DNA of 54,140 nucleotides, from assembly GCA_964567615.1 (NCBI GenBank), contig CAZMNI010000001.1, positions 1 to 54,140 on the forward strand, given 5' to 3'. The notes below the pieces were generated by a model. The model did no database searches and was not told the origin of the DNA. It worked only from the letters and a program-made list of their open reading frames with translations. Below, piece after piece: positions 53,028-54,140 of this stretch (within the stretch, counting starts at the first letter, position 1; each line of letters opens with the position of its first letter). Origin of the DNA: an uncultured Chryseobacterium sp. (GTDB lineage: Bacteria > Bacteroidota > Bacteroidia > Flavobacteriales_D > Sanyastnellaceae). The translations under genes were made by a program, and so were the position numbers.

Positions 53028-53975
53028 ATGCCCCTTCAACGGGAAGCCTCACTAAACCAGCGACTCGGACACCTCGAGCTCCTTGCTCGGGAAGCGGTTG
53101 AGGGATTCATTACGGGACTGCACAAGAGCCCCTTCCACGGGTTCAGTGTGGAGTTCGCCGAGCACCGGATGTACAATCCAGGTGAATCGACGCGCCACCT
53201 CGACTGGAAGCTGTTTGCGCGAACGGACCGGTTGTATGTCAAACGGTTCGAAGAAGAAACGAACCTGAGGTGCCAGCTTGTCTTGGATTGCAGCCCGTCC
53301 ATGGTGTATCCGGTACCTGCGAACCGCTCGGAAGTAGTCGCAACGAAACTGGGTTTTTCAGTGCACGCAGCGGCCGCTTTGATCGAGATGTTAAAGCGCC
53401 AACGGGATGCCGTGGGACTGACTGCCTACGGGAGGGGAGAAGAAATTCAAGCCCCTGCGCGCTCAAGTGCTGCGCACCTCCGAGGGCTCTACCACCGATT
53501 GGATGAAATTTTAGACGCGGCGCCTGCTCTTCCGGTTGCAGACGCGGTGACCGCCACGGCAGCTGCATTGCATCGCGTGGCAGAACTGTGCCACCGCCGC
53601 TCACTCGTCTGCGTATTCAGTGACTTTCTCGGTGATCCAGGGGGGATTGAGGCATTGCTTGGTGCGTTGCAGCATCTCAGACACAACGCGCATGATGTAG
53701 TCTTGTTCCAGGTACTCGACGCCACGACGGAGCTGGACTTCGCATTCGACAACCGGCCGACACGGTTCACAGATTTGGAGACCGGCGAGGAATTGCGCAT
53801 GTTCCCAGCGGAAGTGAAGACCCGCTACATGGAACACATGGCCGCTATGCGGGCAGAACTCGCGGTGAAATGCGCTCAATACCGCGTGGATTTCGTTGAG
53901 GTCGATCGTGCCCAGGGTGTTTACCCCGTGTTGAGCGCGTATTTGGTGCGACGCGCCAAGGCATTGAAAGGATAG
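53028..53975 (+). CDS. DUF58 domain protein (vWA-like; usually partnered with a MoxR ATPase)
   Basis: N-terminal blocks are GLHKSPFHGFSVEFAEHR and YNPGESTRHLDWKLFARTDRLYVKRFEEE. The ATG lies 1 nt after the trxA stop. Confidence 0.75.
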   Translation: MPLQREASLNQRLGHLELLAREAVEGFITGLHKSPFHGFSVEFAEHRMYNPGESTRHLDWKLFARTDRLYVKRFEEETNLRCQLVLDCSPSMVYPVPANRSEVVATKLGFSVHAAAALIEMLKRQRDAVGLTAYGRGEEIQAPARSSAAHLRGLYHRLDEILDAAPALPVADAVTATAAALHRVAELCHRRSLVCVFSDFLGDPGGIEALLGALQHLRHNAHDVVLFQVLDATTELDFAFDNRPTRFTDLETGEELRMFPAEVKTRYMEHMAAMRAELAVKCAQYRVDFVEVDRAQGVYPVLSAYLVRRAKALKG

Positions 53976-54055
53976 ACCCTGCTGACATCCATGGAATTGC
54001 AACTTTTTTGCCGAAACTCCGTAGGCGGCGCTTGCAGATTCGCTGCTGTCGAATG

Positions 54056-54063
54056 TATCTTTG
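54056..54063 (+). promoter_or_regulatory. putative -7 box TATCTTTG, 24 nt upstream of tRNA-Asp, with a possible -33 TTG at 54032
   Basis: It is a perfect TAnnTTTG match. A TTGC lies 21 nt upstream. Confidence 0.4.
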
Positions 54064-54087
54064 CGCTCCGCTCGCAAGAGGGGATTT

Positions 54088-54140
54088 GGTCTGGTAGTTC
54101 AGTTGGTTAGAATACCTGCCTGTCACGCAGGGGGTCGCGA
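54088..54140 (+). tRNA. tRNA-Asp (GTC), 5' 53 nt; truncated by the window end
   Basis: GGTCTGG-TA-GTTCAGTTGGTTAGAA-TA-CCTGC-CTGTCAC-GCAGG-GGGTC-GCGA is near-identical to bacterial tRNA-Asp through the anticodon arm. The anticodon GTC is at 54122-54124. Confidence 0.85.

Noticed and set aside
1-54140. Searched for CRISPR arrays, transposases or integrases, phage genes, toxin-antitoxin pairs and known defence-system genes.
   Set aside because: No direct-repeat/spacer arrays and no recombinase-like or nuclease/ATPase defence-type ORFs were seen. Every sizeable ORF is accounted for by housekeeping, envelope or T9SS-cargo genes. The window looks like core chromosome.
54088-54140. tRNA-Asp as a possible integration hotspot marking an island boundary.
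   Set aside because: The tRNA is cut by the window end. The upstream flank holds ordinary trxA and DUF58 genes, and no attachment-site repeat or integrase is visible, so the idea cannot be evaluated here.

Overview
This is a GC-rich, very gene-dense chromosomal segment from a Bacteroidota-type organism. The lineage call rests on five proteins with T9SS C-terminal sorting domains (type A and type B), TAnnTT[T/C]G-class promoter boxes, a long-form YidC, DUF4199 next to a GT2 gene, DUF2520 next to kdsC, and an S46 peptidase. I call about 43 protein genes plus the 5' part of a tRNA-Asp at the right edge. Content from left to right: histidine degradation (hutI, ftcD), rplS-trmD, ppc, and then a long minus-strand gene train. 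That train holds accC, an ERI-like exonuclease, ccmB/C/E/F, DUF2520, kdsC, yidC, a lipoprotein and an S46 peptidase. Next come DUF4199-GT2, a T9SS cargo gene and mnmA, then an ECF sigma / anti-sigma-like pair followed by two roughly 1260-aa paralogous T9SS type-B surface proteins. After those come two tandem M1 peptidases (one fused in frame to BioY), a GT22-like glycosyltransferase, ribH, a TPR protein, recF-DUF721, a five-heme cytochrome c with a T9SS type-A CTD, and rimM-rpsP. The window ends with folE set head-to-head against a four-gene operon (RibD_C-like reductase, CYTH, FolB-cupin, SDR), an exonuclease-fused dnaE, trxA, DUF58 and tRNA-Asp. I see no CRISPR array, rRNA, transposase or integrase, and no recognisable defence system. 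The points most worth following up are the folE-linked CYTH/FolB-cupin/SDR operon, the T9SS-tagged multiheme cytochrome, the in-frame BioY-M1 peptidase fusion, and a recurrent TACCTTCG box. That box has six exact copies, all just upstream of start codons, and related boxes lie exactly 4 nt before seven start codons, which suggests leaderless mRNAs. All functional calls come from reading motifs in the supplied translations; no database search was run.
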